DNA of 64,000 bases from NCBI RefSeq assembly GCF_036507355.1, contig NZ_AP027877.1, one strand, 5' to 3'. The position numbers and the translations under genes are program-made. The notes beneath the pieces were generated by a model. The model was not told the DNA's origin and ran no database searches. It saw only the letters and a program-made list of their open reading frames with translations. This document shows, one piece after another, positions 38,199 to 48,726 of this stretch. This DNA comes from Escherichia coli (GTDB lineage: Bacteria > Pseudomonadota > Gammaproteobacteria > Enterobacterales > Enterobacteriaceae). Positions within the stretch are counted from its first letter, which is position 1. Each line of letters opens with the position of its first letter.

Positions 38199-39674
38199 AT
38201 GAATACCCAGTATAATTCCAGTTATATATTTTCGATTACCTTAGTCGCTACATTAGGTGGTTTATTATTTGGCTACGACACCGCCGTTATTTCCGGTACT
38301 GTTGAGTCACTCAATACCGTCTTTGTTGCTCCACAAAACTTAAGTGAATCCGCTGCCAACTCCCTGTTAGGGTTTTGCGTAGCCAGCGCTCTGATTGGGT
38401 GCATCATCGGTGGTGCCCTCGGTGGTTATTGCAGTAGCCGCTTCGGTCGTCGTGATTCACTTAAGATTGCTGCTGTCCTGTTTTTTATTTCTGGTGTAGG
38501 TTCTGCCTGGCCAGAACTTGGTTTTACCTCTATAAACCCGGACAACACAGTGCCTGTTTATCTGGCAGGTTATGTCCCGGAATTTGTTATTTATCGCATT
38601 ATTGGCGGTATTGGCGTTGGTTTAGCCTCAATGCTCTCGCCAATGTATATTGCGGAACTGGCTCCAGCTCATATTCGCGGGAAACTGGTCTCTTTTAACC
38701 AGTTTGCGATTATTTTCGGGCAACTTTTAGTTTACTGCGTAAACTATTTTATTGCCCGTTCCGGTGATGCCAGCTGGCTGAATATTGACGGCTGGCGTTA
38801 TATGTTTGCCTCGGAATGTATCCCTGCACTGCTGTTCTTAATGCTGCTGTATACCGTGCCAGAAAGTCCTCGCTGGCTGATGTCACGCGGCAAGCAAGAA
38901 CAGGCGGAAGGTATCCTGCGCAAAATTATGGGCAACACGCTTGCAACTCAGGCAGTACAGGAAATTAAACACTCCCTGGATCATGGCCGCAAAACCGGTG
39001 GTCGTCTGCTGATGTTTGGTGTGGGCGTGATTGTAATCGGCGTTATGCTCTCCATCTTCCAGCAATTTGTCGGCATCAATGTGGTGCTGTACTACGCGCC
39101 GGAAGTGTTCAAAACGCTGGGGGCCAGCACGGATATCGCGCTGTTGCAGACCATTATTGTCGGAGTTATCAACCTCACCTTCACCGTTCTGGCAATTATG
39201 ACGGTGGATAAATTTGGTCGTAAGCCACTGCAAATTATCGGCGCACTCGGAATGGCAATCGGTATGTTTAGCCTCGGTACCGCGTTTTACACTCAGGCAC
39301 CGGGTATTGTGGCGCTACTGTCGATGCTGTTCTATGTTGCCGCCTTTGCCATGTCCTGGGGTCCGGTATGCTGGGTTCTGCTGTCGGAAATCTTCCCGAA
39401 TGCCATTCGTGGTAAAGCGCTGGCAATCGCGGTGGCGGCCCAGTGGCTGGCGAACTACTTCGTCTCCTGGACCTTCCCGATGATGGACAAAAACTCCTGG
39501 CTGGTGGCCCATTTCCACAACGGTTTCTCCTACTGGATTTACGGGTGTATGGGCGTTCTGGCAGCACTATTTATGTGGAAATTTGTCCCGGAAACCAAAG
39601 GTAAAACCCTTGAGGAGCTGGAAGCCCTCTGGGAACCGGAAACGAAGAAAACACAACAAACTGCTACGCTGTAA
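38199..39674 (+). CDS. xylE: D-xylose:H+ symporter (MFS sugar porter)
   Basis: 491 aa; 12-TM MFS with sugar-porter motifs (GRR..., PESPRWL). Confidence 0.97.
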   Translation: MNTQYNSSYIFSITLVATLGGLLFGYDTAVISGTVESLNTVFVAPQNLSESAANSLLGFCVASALIGCIIGGALGGYCSSRFGRRDSLKIAAVLFFISGVGSAWPELGFTSINPDNTVPVYLAGYVPEFVIYRIIGGIGVGLASMLSPMYIAELAPAHIRGKLVSFNQFAIIFGQLLVYCVNYFIARSGDASWLNIDGWRYMFASECIPALLFLMLLYTVPESPRWLMSRGKQEQAEGILRKIMGNTLATQAVQEIKHSLDHGRKTGGRLLMFGVGVIVIGVMLSIFQQFVGINVVLYYAPEVFKTLGASTDIALLQTIIVGVINLTFTVLAIMTVDKFGRKPLQIIGALGMAIGMFSLGTAFYTQAPGIVALLSMLFYVAAFAMSWGPVCWVLLSEIFPNAIRGKALAIAVAAQWLANYFVSWTFPMMDKNSWLVAHFHNGFSYWIYGCMGVLAALFMWKFVPETKGKTLEELEALWEPETKKTQQTATL

Positions 39675-39684
39675 TCTTCCTGTC

Positions 39685-39720
39685 CAGCACGCCGCGCCAG
39701 TTCGGCGTGCTGTCTTTTTA
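39685..39720. terminator. bidirectional terminator between xylE and psiE
   Basis: CAGCACGCCG...CGGCGTGCTG hairpin followed by TCTTTTT. Confidence 0.65.
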
Positions 39721-40128
39721 CTCCCGCTTCAGCCGTTTCGAATTACACAGCCACAGGGTGATCACCAGTAACAGGATCGCAGCCGAGTAGATCAACACAT
39801 CCAGTGGCGATTTATGATCGACGATGATCAAGCGCACAATGGCGGTGATCCCAATATAGACAAAGTAACGTAGCGGGAAGTGAAAACCGGACTGAAAGTA
39901 CTTCACAATCAGCGCGATAAATTCGAAATAGAGAAAGTAAACCACCAGTCCTTCTACCAGCTCATATTTGCTGGTTTGTTCTGGCGCGAACAGCACATCA
40001 GCCAGATGCACCGTTTCTTTGCCGAGGAAGACAACCAAAATCAGGCCGAGGCACAACAGGCCAAGATTGAGTACGGTCTGCAAAATGGTGGAGATAAACT
40101 CCACGCGCGGACGAGAGAGTGACGTCAT
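39718..40128 (-). CDS. psiE: phosphate-starvation-inducible protein PsiE
   Basis: 136 aa, four TM helices. Confidence 0.93.
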
Positions 40129-40204
40129 AGCAGTACCTCCTTCACAGTGGCGAGCTTCCTGTATAACGCAAAAATGTGACGGAGATCTATATTTTTTGTG
40201 TATG

Positions 40205-40330
40205 TTTTGTTCAACCTGGATTTGGAGCGCGCCTCCACCAAAGCCGGATATACCTACCCGTAGGCCGGATAAGCCGCGCCTGGCGGCGCATCCGGCAAGA
40301 CAAACCGCACCAAAGCCGGTAATTCAAAAA
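40205..40330. repeat. REP elements
   Basis: ...GTAGGCCGGATAAGCCGCGCCTGGCGGCGCATCCGGCAAG... Confidence 0.6.
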
Positions 40331-40397
40331 TCACCCATTCAGGTGATTCCCAGCCACCAGCAATGCGCGAAAAATCGACAATGTTCCTCTGGAACAA

Positions 40398-40676
40398 ATG
40401 AAACGTAACCTGATAAAGGTGGTAAAAATGAAGCCTTATTTTGCTGCTTTGATGTTATCAGTCTCTGTTCTTCCTGCTTATGCTGGTCCGCTCGGTACTG
40501 CTGATAAAGCCGACCTACCGCAAAGCAATGTCTCCAGCCCAATGATGGCCCAGTCGCTCAGGCAACCAGACCTGCAACCGATATCGACGGACAGGAAGAC
40601 AGAATGTTTTCGCCTTTACACACCAGATCGCAAACCGGGGGTGAACTGCGTTCCTGATGGCTCGACAGGCCATTAA
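40398..40676 (+). CDS. yjbT: small secreted protein (YjbT position)
   Basis: 92-aa track ORF; alternative ATG at 40428 with SD GGTGG gives 82 aa starting with signal peptide MKPYFAALMLSVSVLPAYA; followed by a terminator. Confidence 0.6.
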   Translation: MKRNLIKVVKMKPYFAALMLSVSVLPAYAGPLGTADKADLPQSNVSSPMMAQSLRQPDLQPISTDRKTECFRLYTPDRKPGVNCVPDGSTGH

Positions 40677-40682
40677 GAATGA

Positions 40683-40716
40683 AGGTGCCAGTGAGTGCGA
40701 AAACTGGCACCTTTCC
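40683..40716. terminator. bidirectional terminator (yjbT / yjbH 3' ends)
   Basis: AGGTGCCAG...CTGGCACCT hairpin followed by TTT. Confidence 0.55.
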
Positions 40717-40722
40717 CATGAC

Positions 40723-42819
40723 TTAGCGGAAATTGACGCTACGGTCGCTGGTCATGTCATACAACTGGAACTTACGCCCAAGTTGCTGACCACCGTCACG
40801 CGTCAGCGGCGTCCAGCCAATCGCCGCACGGCTGCGTGTCGGGCCAGACGAGAAGAGATCCAACGGTACCGAGACATACACGCCTTTGGTGAAGTCCCCT
40901 TCGCCGTACTCCTCTTTCGAAACATTCGTGATCGTGGCATAGCCACCCACCACCACACCACTGTCAAAGCGTTTGGCGATCTCCAGCGTGCCGCCTTTAT
41001 CCCCTGCCAGATACTGCCCGACGCTGGCTTTAACTAACACATCCTGAGCGAAAGATGGCGTCCAGTAGGCGGTCAGATGTCCGGTTTTCACGCTGTAATC
41101 GGTGAATTTCATCATATCTTTCGCGCTACGCCAGTCGCGCTGTTTAACGTAGTTGGCATCCAGACCAAACGCCCAGTTGCTGTCCAGCGGGCGATACAAC
41201 ACCTCAGCCCCCGCACCGCCAAACATGGTTTCGAGATAGCCGCCGTAGACCTGACCGTAGAAGCCGTTGCCCAGATGCTGGAAGTAGTTGGCTTGCAGGT
41301 TATTCACATAGACATCATTCTGCACATACTCGCGCACATGGGTACGCACGCGCGGTAAGTGCGAGTCCTGCGGCGGATTGGTGTAGTTAAACTTGTCGTA
41401 GTTGTTAGCCAGGTTAGCAAACAGGCTGCCGGTGGTCAGCAGATGGTCCGTCAGCCACAAATCTGCCGTTCCCATCACGCCCAGCTGATACATGTAAAAG
41501 TTTTCCGGGCCACCGACCGACTGGTTCAGCACCGGATCGATATGGAAATCAAAGCGTGATTTGTCGATATACCAGCCCTGCTCGGTGGACTGCGGAACCA
41601 CTGGCTCGACGCGTTTTTGCGCCAGCGTCGTTTCGTGGCCCAACGGCTCTCCGGCGAGATGATTTTTCAGGCTGGCGACATCGGTTTCCGTCGTCACCTG
41701 CGGCATGTTAAGGCGATTTTCCGTAATGCGGATCGTTTTGATCCCATCCGGCAGATCGTTCATCACGATCCGATTAGCACGGATGATCCCTTCGAGCGAA
41801 TCACGATATTTCACCTGCTCGCCGGTAACATACAGCGTATCGCCTTTCGCCTGGATCTGTGGATCGGCAAGTCCAGCATTGTATTTCAACAGCGTTAACT
41901 GATTCGCCACCACCGAATGCTGCAAAATGGCATCCTGCGGCTGCGGTTGATATTGCGGGCGGGCGTTATCGTTGTAAGACGGGCGCAGATCGTTAAAGTT
42001 GGTGCGCAACGTAACGCCAAACATAAAGGTGTTGCCACGTTCATAGCTAAGGTTAACGTCGGCCCAATCGGTAACGCGATAAATCGCCCCGACGTTAAAC
42101 TTACTTTTTTGCTCCAGCTTCCCGGCAAAATCCTGCTGATAATTATTGCCTTCATACTCCAGTTTCAGGCGCAGCGGTTGCCAGGGCGTCTGGTATTCCA
42201 CGCCGCCAAACAGTGAGGCAGGACCGTGGAACATCTGGCTACCGTCGATAGATCCCGCCTGTTTGTAGCTGTTATCGCGATAGCAATATTTATCACTGGC
42301 TGAACAGAGCGGATTTTTCACATTACCGCTGGTGCCCAGATATCCCCAGCCCAGGCCGAGCGTAAAATCGAACGGCCCCCAGGCTTTGCTGGCAACAAGA
42401 TATTCCGCATCAAACAGCCCCGTACCGCCGATATCCCGCGCACCAACCGCCACTTGCGGCAGCCAATAACTCTCTTCCCACAAACGCAGTTTGAGATCGA
42501 AGGCTTTATCTTTATACGTTTGATCGCCAGAGAACGCTTCGACGCTGCTGTACTGCCGGGTGCGCACGTCGGTGTAGCGCAGCGTTGTTTCCAGCCACGG
42601 GAAGAGTTGCACTGAAGCTGAGTAATAACGGTACTGATCGTTATCGCGATAGTTCAGACTCAACTCCCCTTCCCGTGCCATACGCGCGGTGGGCGTTTGT
42701 AATAATCCTACGCCCCCGAAATCCGACTGCGACGGACCAATGGGCGCAGGATATGTTTCGCCGTAGCAAGCTGTGCTAATGCCCAGCGCCAGTAAGCTAA
42801 GCAGATGTCTTTTTTTCAT
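40723..42819 (-). CDS. yjbH: YjbH, outer-membrane beta-barrel protein of the yjbEFGH exopolysaccharide operon
   Basis: 698 aa; signal peptide [20 protein letters not shown]. Confidence 0.9.
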   Translation of the reverse strand: MKKRHLLSLLALGISTACYGETYPAPIGPSQSDFGGVGLLQTPTARMAREGELSLNYRDNDQYRYYSASVQLFPWLETTLRYTDVRTRQYSSVEAFSGDQTYKDKAFDLKLRLWEESYWLPQVAVGARDIGGTGLFDAEYLVASKAWGPFDFTLGLGWGYLGTSGNVKNPLCSASDKYCYRDNSYKQAGSIDGSQMFHGPASLFGGVEYQTPWQPLRLKLEYEGNNYQQDFAGKLEQKSKFNVGAIYRVTDWADVNLSYERGNTFMFGVTLRTNFNDLRPSYNDNARPQYQPQPQDAILQHSVVANQLTLLKYNAGLADPQIQAKGDTLYVTGEQVKYRDSLEGIIRANRIVMNDLPDGIKTIRITENRLNMPQVTTETDVASLKNHLAGEPLGHETTLAQKRVEPVVPQSTEQGWYIDKSRFDFHIDPVLNQSVGGPENFYMYQLGVMGTADLWLTDHLLTTGSLFANLANNYDKFNYTNPPQDSHLPRVRTHVREYVQNDVYVNNLQANYFQHLGNGFYGQVYGGYLETMFGGAGAEVLYRPLDSNWAFGLDANYVKQRDWRSAKDMMKFTDYSVKTGHLTAYWTPSFAQDVLVKASVGQYLAGDKGGTLEIAKRFDSGVVVGGYATITNVSKEEYGEGDFTKGVYVSVPLDLFSSGPTRSRAAIGWTPLTRDGGQQLGRKFQLYDMTSDRSVNFR

Positions 42820-43556
42820 TATTGAGGTATCCGCTGCGTCAGAGTCTGAAGAATGTCGGCGTTAAGGGCATCAGGCGTCTCACTCCAGACGGAGTCCGCG
42901 AGGCCAACATAAATAATGCTGCCGGGCATCGGCTCTACGTGACGCTTGTTCCAGTAAGCCACCGGCGCTTTTTGCGTGCGTCCGTCCGGGTAAACCACCC
43001 ACGCGTAGCTGCGATCCGCACCGCTGAGCAGGCTCTGGTCAGAGAGATAGCTCGCCACGTCGCGACCTGGAGTGAATGGCTGCTTGCCAGGACGGCTGAT
43101 AAGCCCGAACAACGTAACCGTGGACGGCGGTGGTCCGACCCACAGCGTGTAGTTGCCCTGCAACGGCGGGTTACCGCGTTCGGCAACGCGGACGATATCG
43201 GGATCAAGATTGATTTTTTGCCTACCCGTCACTTTCAACGCCTGAATTTGTTGGCGTAAGGCGTTAATCGCAGCGGCATCGTCAGCGCTGGAGTCTGCGG
43301 CCAGTTCTGCCAGCCGTGTCAGCAACGCCTGCTGCTGACGCAATGCTGCCGCCGTTGCCAGCTCTTCGCTGATCACCGCACCGGGCCACCAGCTGTTTGC
43401 CAGCCGCGGTTGGCCTACCAGATCGATTAAATGCTCTGCGCCTGTTAGTGTTTTGGCCTCACTGCTGCCATTGCTGAACACCTTGACGGTTCCTGCCGCG
43501 AAGACCGATGACGCTCCCACACTCAAAAGCAACGCGACAAAAGTTTGTTTGATCAT
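42819..43556 (-). CDS. yjbG: YjbG, periplasmic protein of the yjbEFGH operon
   Basis: Internal ATG gives 245 aa ([20 protein letters not shown] signal peptide). Confidence 0.85.
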   Translation of the reverse strand: MIKQTFVALLLSVGASSVFAAGTVKVFSNGSSEAKTLTGAEHLIDLVGQPRLANSWWPGAVISEELATAAALRQQQALLTRLAELAADSSADDAAAINALRQQIQALKVTGRQKINLDPDIVRVAERGNPPLQGNYTLWVGPPPSTVTLFGLISRPGKQPFTPGRDVASYLSDQSLLSGADRSYAWVVYPDGRTQKAPVAYWNKRHVEPMPGSIIYVGLADSVWSETPDALNADILQTLTQRIPQ

Positions 43557-44191
43557 TGTTTTGCCGCCTTGATGAGGGTGGTTTTCACCGGGAAATAATC
43601 CGCGCCGAGATACTGTTCCGACTGGCGAATTTGCCCTTCGCTGTCGATCCAATAGCGGTTATGCCAGCGCGCCTGGTTGGTGGAGACTTCTTCGTCCAGC
43701 ACGCGAACCGGGGTTTCATCGCTGCCGACTTTGACGGTATCGGTGCCATCCCATTTGAAGACTGAGCGTGCGGTGGCGTAGCGTACCTGCTGGTATTCGG
43801 TCCAGCCCATCGTGCGCGTCCAGGTTGCACCATCAATGATTTGTGCGGGTTTAATCAGCGGGTCGGCGGCAAGGTTATTCACCTCAATCAAGTTGTCGCC
43901 GCCAAGCAGAGTCTTCACCAGACGACCATGTTGTGTGACGAGAGTGGCCTGATCCTGAGTGACCCATTTTTGTTGTCCGTCTTCAGCGAAGGCCAGCACC
44001 ACAAACAACTGCGGCCCGCCATTAAGCTGCATGTACTGGCTGGCGTAGGGCATATTTTGAATATCATCGTCCGTCAGCTGTACACCTGGCGTACCGAACA
44101 GACTGTCCCACAGTGAATTGCCCAGCTCTTTAGTCGTGGCTGAACAGGCCTGTAATAGCAGGCAGATAAGAATGAGTGCAGGTCGCTTCAC
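43553..44191 (-). CDS. yjbF: YjbF, lipoprotein of the yjbEFGH operon
   Basis: GTG start gives 212 aa (KRPALILICLLLQAC lipobox); overlaps the yjbG start by 4 bp. Confidence 0.8.
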   Translation of the reverse strand: MKRPALILICLLLQACSATTKELGNSLWDSLFGTPGVQLTDDDIQNMPYASQYMQLNGGPQLFVVLAFAEDGQQKWVTQDQATLVTQHGRLVKTLLGGDNLIEVNNLAADPLIKPAQIIDGATWTRTMGWTEYQQVRYATARSVFKWDGTDTVKVGSDETPVRVLDEEVSTNQARWHNRYWIDSEGQIRQSEQYLGADYFPVKTTLIKAAKQ

Positions 44192-44304
44192 GACTCTTCT
44201 CCAGAGGGGCAGAATAACCACACCGGAGTGTGGTTATGGTAAATCCCTTCATACTTCAAGCCACAGATGCGATGACTCGAATTATTTTGGGGATACATAC
44301 TTTA

Positions 44305-44547
44305 TTACTGGGTACTGGTGGTCGTGGTTGTTGTGGTCCCGGTATTAGAACCATCACCGCCACCGGTTGCCGCGAGCGCGACACCCACCGCCGAGCTTAC
44401 GGTGCTGACGCTGGTCGCGGAGGAACTCCCCGCCGAAACCGACGTTGCTGCCGACCCTGCCGCTTCGCCCACCTGTACAGGTGCAGCCCACGCAGAAGTC
44501 GCCGCAAGCGCAGATATGGCAAAAATGCCATACAGAACTTTTTTCAT
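44305..44547 (-). CDS. yjbE: YjbE, small secreted Gly/Ser/Thr-rich protein
   Basis: 80 aa; signal peptide [21 protein letters not shown]; low-complexity tail with [10 protein letters not shown]. Confidence 0.9.
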
Positions 44548-44854
44548 AACAATTTCCCTTCATTGAATGAATGGAGATTTACCCAAAAACATTTCGGGCG
44601 GGATCGAGTATACACAACTAAAGCATGCGAATTACGGCGCGGGGAATTAGAGATGGGGTTTTAGGATAATTGGAATGAATATCAAATATAAGCTACATCT
44701 TATATATAAATAACATTAAAAATCATAATGTTAAAATAAAAGTAAAAGTAATTAATCTGAGTATTTTCCGAAATCAATCACGATTAAAAATCTATTTTAG
44801 GATTAACCTCACGGTATGATTTCCGTTAAATCACAGACAAGGGGATTTATCTGA

Positions 44855-44882
44855 TAAAAAAATGCCGACATAACGTCGGCAT
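44855..44882 (-). terminator. rho-independent terminator downstream of pgi
   Basis: Minus-strand ATGCCGACGTTATGTCGGCAT hairpin followed by TTTTTTT. Confidence 0.6.
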
Positions 44883-44929
44883 TGTTATTAAGGTTATTTA
44901 ATCAATCGTGCTATGTATTAATTGCCGAA

Positions 44930-45055
44930 TACGATGTACATATCGGCATCGACCTGTAGGCCTGATAAGACGCGACCGCGTCGCATCAGGCATCGGTTGC
45001 CGGATGCGGCGTGAACGCCTTATCCGGCCTACATAGCGGCATCAGGCATGAACGA
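44930..45055. repeat. REP / BIME cluster after the pgi stop
   Basis: GTAGGCCTGATAAGACGCG...CGCATCAGGCATCGG and TGCCGGATGCGGCGTGAACGCCTTATCCGGCCTACA units. Confidence 0.65.
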
Positions 45056-45058
45056 TGA

Positions 45059-46708
45059 TTAACCGCGCCACGCTTTATAGCGGTTAATCAGACCATTGGT
45101 CGAGCTATCGTGGCTGCTGATTTCTTTATCATCTTTCAGCTCTGGCAGAATACGGTTCGCCAGTTGTTTACCCAGCTCCACGCCCCACTGGTCGAAGGTG
45201 AAGATGTTCAGGATCACGCCCTGAGTAAAGATTTTGTGCTCATACAGCGCAATCAACGCACCCAGGCTGAACGGAGTGATTTCACGCAGCAGGATGGAGT
45301 TGGTCGGGCGGTTACCTTCGAACACTTTGAACGGCACCACGTAGTCAAGCGTTGCCGGATCTTTACCCTGATCGCGATATTCCTGCTCAACCACTTCGCG
45401 GGATTTACCAAACGCCAGCGCTTCGGTCTGAGCAAAGAAGTTAGACAGCAGTTTCTGGTGATGATCAGAGAGCGGGTTATGGGTGATAGCCGGGGCGATG
45501 AAATCGCACGGTACCATTTTGGTTCCCTGATGGATCAGCTGGTAGAACGCGTGCTGACCGTTAGTGCCTGGTTCACCCCAGATAATCGGGCCAGTCTGGT
45601 AATCCACAACGTTACCGTTACGGTCAACATACTTACCGTTGGACTCCATATTGCCCTGCTGGAAGTACGCCGCAAAACGGTGCATATACTGGTCATACGG
45701 CAGAATCGCTTCAGTTTCCGCACCAAAGAAATTGTTGTACCAGATGCCAATCAGCGCCAGCAAGACAGGCAGGTTTTTCTCGGCAGGCGTGGTGGAGAAA
45801 TGCTTGTCCATCGCGTGTGCGCCAGAAAGCAGTTCAACGAAGTTATCAAAGCCGATGGAGAGAACAATCGACAGGCCAATCGCTGACCACAAAGAGTAAC
45901 GGCCGCCGACCCAGTCCCAGAACTCGAACATGTTGGCAGTATCAATACCAAACTCGCCAACGGCTTTGGCATTGGTTGAGAGCGCCGCAAAGTGTTTCGC
46001 AACGTGTTTTTCATCACCTGCCGCTTTCAGGAACCAGTCACGCGCGCTATGGGCGTTGGTCATGGTTTCCTGAGTGGTGAAGGTTTTAGATGCTACCAGG
46101 AACAGCGTGGTTTCCGGGTTTACTTTTTTCAGCACTTCCGCGATATGAGTCCCATCGACGTTAGAAACAAAGTGCATGTTCAGGTGATTTTTGTACGGAC
46201 GCAGTGCTTCGGTCACCATGTACGGGCCGAGGTCAGAACCACCGATCCCGATGTTCACTACGTCAGTGATTGCTTTGCCGGTATAACCCTTCCACTCACC
46301 GGAAATAATCGCTTCCGAGAAGGTTTTCATCTTCTCCAGCACCGCGTTGACTTCCGGCATTACGTCTTTGCCATCAACCAGAATCGGGGTATTGCTACGG
46401 TTACGCAGCGCTACGTGCAGCACGGCGCGGTTTTCAGTGCGGTTGATCTTCTCGCCAGAGAACATCGACTTAATCGCGCCCGCCAGATCGCACTCTTTCG
46501 CCAGATCTTGTAATTTCGCCAGCGTCTCTTCAGTGATGCGGTTTTTGGAGTAATCCACCAGCATCTGATCGTCGAAGGTTGCGGAGAACTTAGAAAAACG
46601 ATCGCCGTCTTTAGCAAAAAGATCGGCGATCGTAACGTCTTTCATTTCATCGAAGTGTTTCTGTAGTGCCTGCCAGGCAGCGGTCTGCGTTGGATTGATG
46701 TTTTTCAT
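45059..46708 (-). CDS. pgi: glucose-6-phosphate isomerase
   Basis: ATG at 46708 gives 549 aa ([23 protein letters not shown]...). Confidence 0.98.
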
Positions 46709-46939
46709 TAGCAATACTCTTCTGATTTTGAGAATTGTGACTTTGGAAGATTGTAGCGCCAGTCACAGAAAAATGTGATGGTTTTAGTGCCGTTAGCGTA
46801 ATGTTGAGTGTAAACCCTTAGCGCAGTGAAGCATTTATTAGCTGAACTACTGACCGCCAGGAGTGGATGAAAAATCCGCATGACCCCGTCGTTGACAACC
46901 GCCCCGCTCACCCTTTATTTATAAATGTACTACCTGCGC

Positions 46940-47232
46940 TAGCGCAGGCCAGAAGAGGCGCGTTGCCCAAGTAACGGTGTTGGAGGAGCCAGTCCTGTGA
47001 TAACACCTGAGGGGGTGCATCGCCGAGGTGATTGAACGGCTGGCCACGTTCATCATCGGCTACAGGGGCTGAATCCCCTGGGTTGTCACCAGAAGCGTTC
47101 GCAGTCGGGCGTTTCGCAAGTGGTGGAGCACTTCTGGGTGAAAATAGTAGCGAAGTATCGCTCTGCGCCCACCCGTCTTCCGCTCTTCCCTTGTGCCAAG
47201 GCTGAAAATGGATCCCCTGACACGAGGTAGTT
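46940..47232 (+). promoter_or_regulatory. lysC 5' leader / lysine riboswitch (L-box)
   Basis: ~300-nt structured leader upstream of lysC containing AGAGGCGC and GGAGGAGCC-type L-box segments; boundaries approximate. Confidence 0.7.
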
Positions 47233-48582
47233 ATGTCTGAAATTGTTGTCTCCAAATTTGGCGGTACCAGCGTAGCTGATTTTGACGCCATGAACCGCAG
47301 CGCTGATATTGTGCTTTCTGATGCCAACGTGCGTTTAGTTGTCCTCTCGGCTTCTGCTGGTATCACTAATCTGCTGGTCGCTTTAGCTGAAGGGCTGGAA
47401 CCTGGCGAGCGATTCGAAAAACTCGACGCTATTCGCAACATCCAGTTTGCCATTCTGGAACGTCTGCGTTACCCGAACGTTATCCGTGAAGAGATTGAAC
47501 GTCTGCTGGAGAACATTACTGTTCTGGCAGAAGCGGCGGCGCTGGCAACGTCTCCGGCGCTGACAGATGAACTGGTCAGCCACGGCGAGCTGATGTCGAC
47601 CCTGCTGTTTGTCGAGATCCTGCGCGAACGCGATGTTCAGGCACAGTGGTTTGATGTACGTAAAGTGATGCGTACCAACGACCGATTTGGTCGTGCAGAG
47701 CCAGATGTAGCCGCGCTGGCGGAACTGGCCGCGCTGCAGCTGCTCCCACGCCTCAATGAAGGCTTAGTGATCACCCAGGGATTTATCGGTAGCGAAAATA
47801 AAGGTCGTACAACGACGCTTGGCCGTGGAGGCAGCGATTATACGGCAGCCTTGCTGGCGGAGGCTTTACACGCATCTCGTGTTGATATCTGGACCGACGT
47901 CCCGGGCATCTACACCACCGATCCACGCGTGGTTTCCGCAGCAAAACGCATTGATGAAATCGCGTTTGCCGAAGCAGCAGAGATGGCAACTTTTGGTGCA
48001 AAAGTACTGCATCCGGCAACATTGCTACCCGCAGTACGCAGCGATATCCCGGTCTTTGTCGGCTCCAGCAAAGACCCACGCGCAGGTGGTACGCTGGTGT
48101 GCAATAAAACTGAAAATCCGCCGCTGTTCCGCGCGCTGGCGCTTCGTCGCAATCAGACTCTGCTCACTTTGCACAGCCTGAATATGCTGCATTCTCGCGG
48201 CTTCCTCGCGGAAGTTTTCGGCATCCTCGCGCGGCATAATATTTCGGTAGACTTAATCACCACGTCAGAAGTGAGCGTGGCATTAACCCTTGATACCACC
48301 GGTTCAACCTCCACTGGCGATACGTTGCTGACGCAATCTCTGCTGATGGAGCTTTCCGCACTGTGCCGGGTGGAGGTGGAAGAAGGTCTGGCGCTGGTCG
48401 CGTTGATTGGCAATGACCTGTCAAAAGCCTGCGGCGTTGGCAAAGAGGTGTTCGGCGTACTGGAACCGTTCAACATTCGCATGATTTGTTACGGCGCATC
48501 CAGCCATAACCTGTGCTTCCTGGTGCCCGGCGAAGATGCCGAGCAGGTGGTGCAGAAGCTGCATTTTAATTTGTTTGAGTAA
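47233..48582 (+). CDS. lysC: lysine-sensitive aspartokinase III
   Basis: 449 aa; MSEIVVSKFGGTSVADFDAMNRSADIVL...; two C-terminal ACT domains. Confidence 0.98.
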   Translation: MSEIVVSKFGGTSVADFDAMNRSADIVLSDANVRLVVLSASAGITNLLVALAEGLEPGERFEKLDAIRNIQFAILERLRYPNVIREEIERLLENITVLAEAAALATSPALTDELVSHGELMSTLLFVEILRERDVQAQWFDVRKVMRTNDRFGRAEPDVAALAELAALQLLPRLNEGLVITQGFIGSENKGRTTTLGRGGSDYTAALLAEALHASRVDIWTDVPGIYTTDPRVVSAAKRIDEIAFAEAAEMATFGAKVLHPATLLPAVRSDIPVFVGSSKDPRAGGTLVCNKTENPPLFRALALRRNQTLLTLHSLNMLHSRGFLAEVFGILARHNISVDLITTSEVSVALTLDTTGSTSTGDTLLTQSLLMELSALCRVEVEEGLALVALIGNDLSKACGVGKEVFGVLEPFNIRMICYGASSHNLCFLVPGEDAEQVVQKLHFNLFE

Positions 48583-48726
48583 TATTTCCCTACTGGCGTA
48601 TAACGCTCACCAATTGTTATACGCCATCCTCACTGAAAACATAGATTAAATAATATCTGAAAAGCAAAATCACTCCTGTAGAACAGTATTATAACCACCG
48701 AAAAATATCATTTAACAGGAGTGTTA

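Noticed and set aside
44230-44664. Plus-strand ORFs (144 aa, 82 aa) overlapping yjbE
   Set aside because: Antisense to the signal-peptide-bearing yjbE; translation is low-complexity Arg/Gly/Cys-rich, typical of an out-of-frame artefact.
45110-45886. 258-aa ORF antisense to pgi
   Set aside because: Antisense artefact within pgi.
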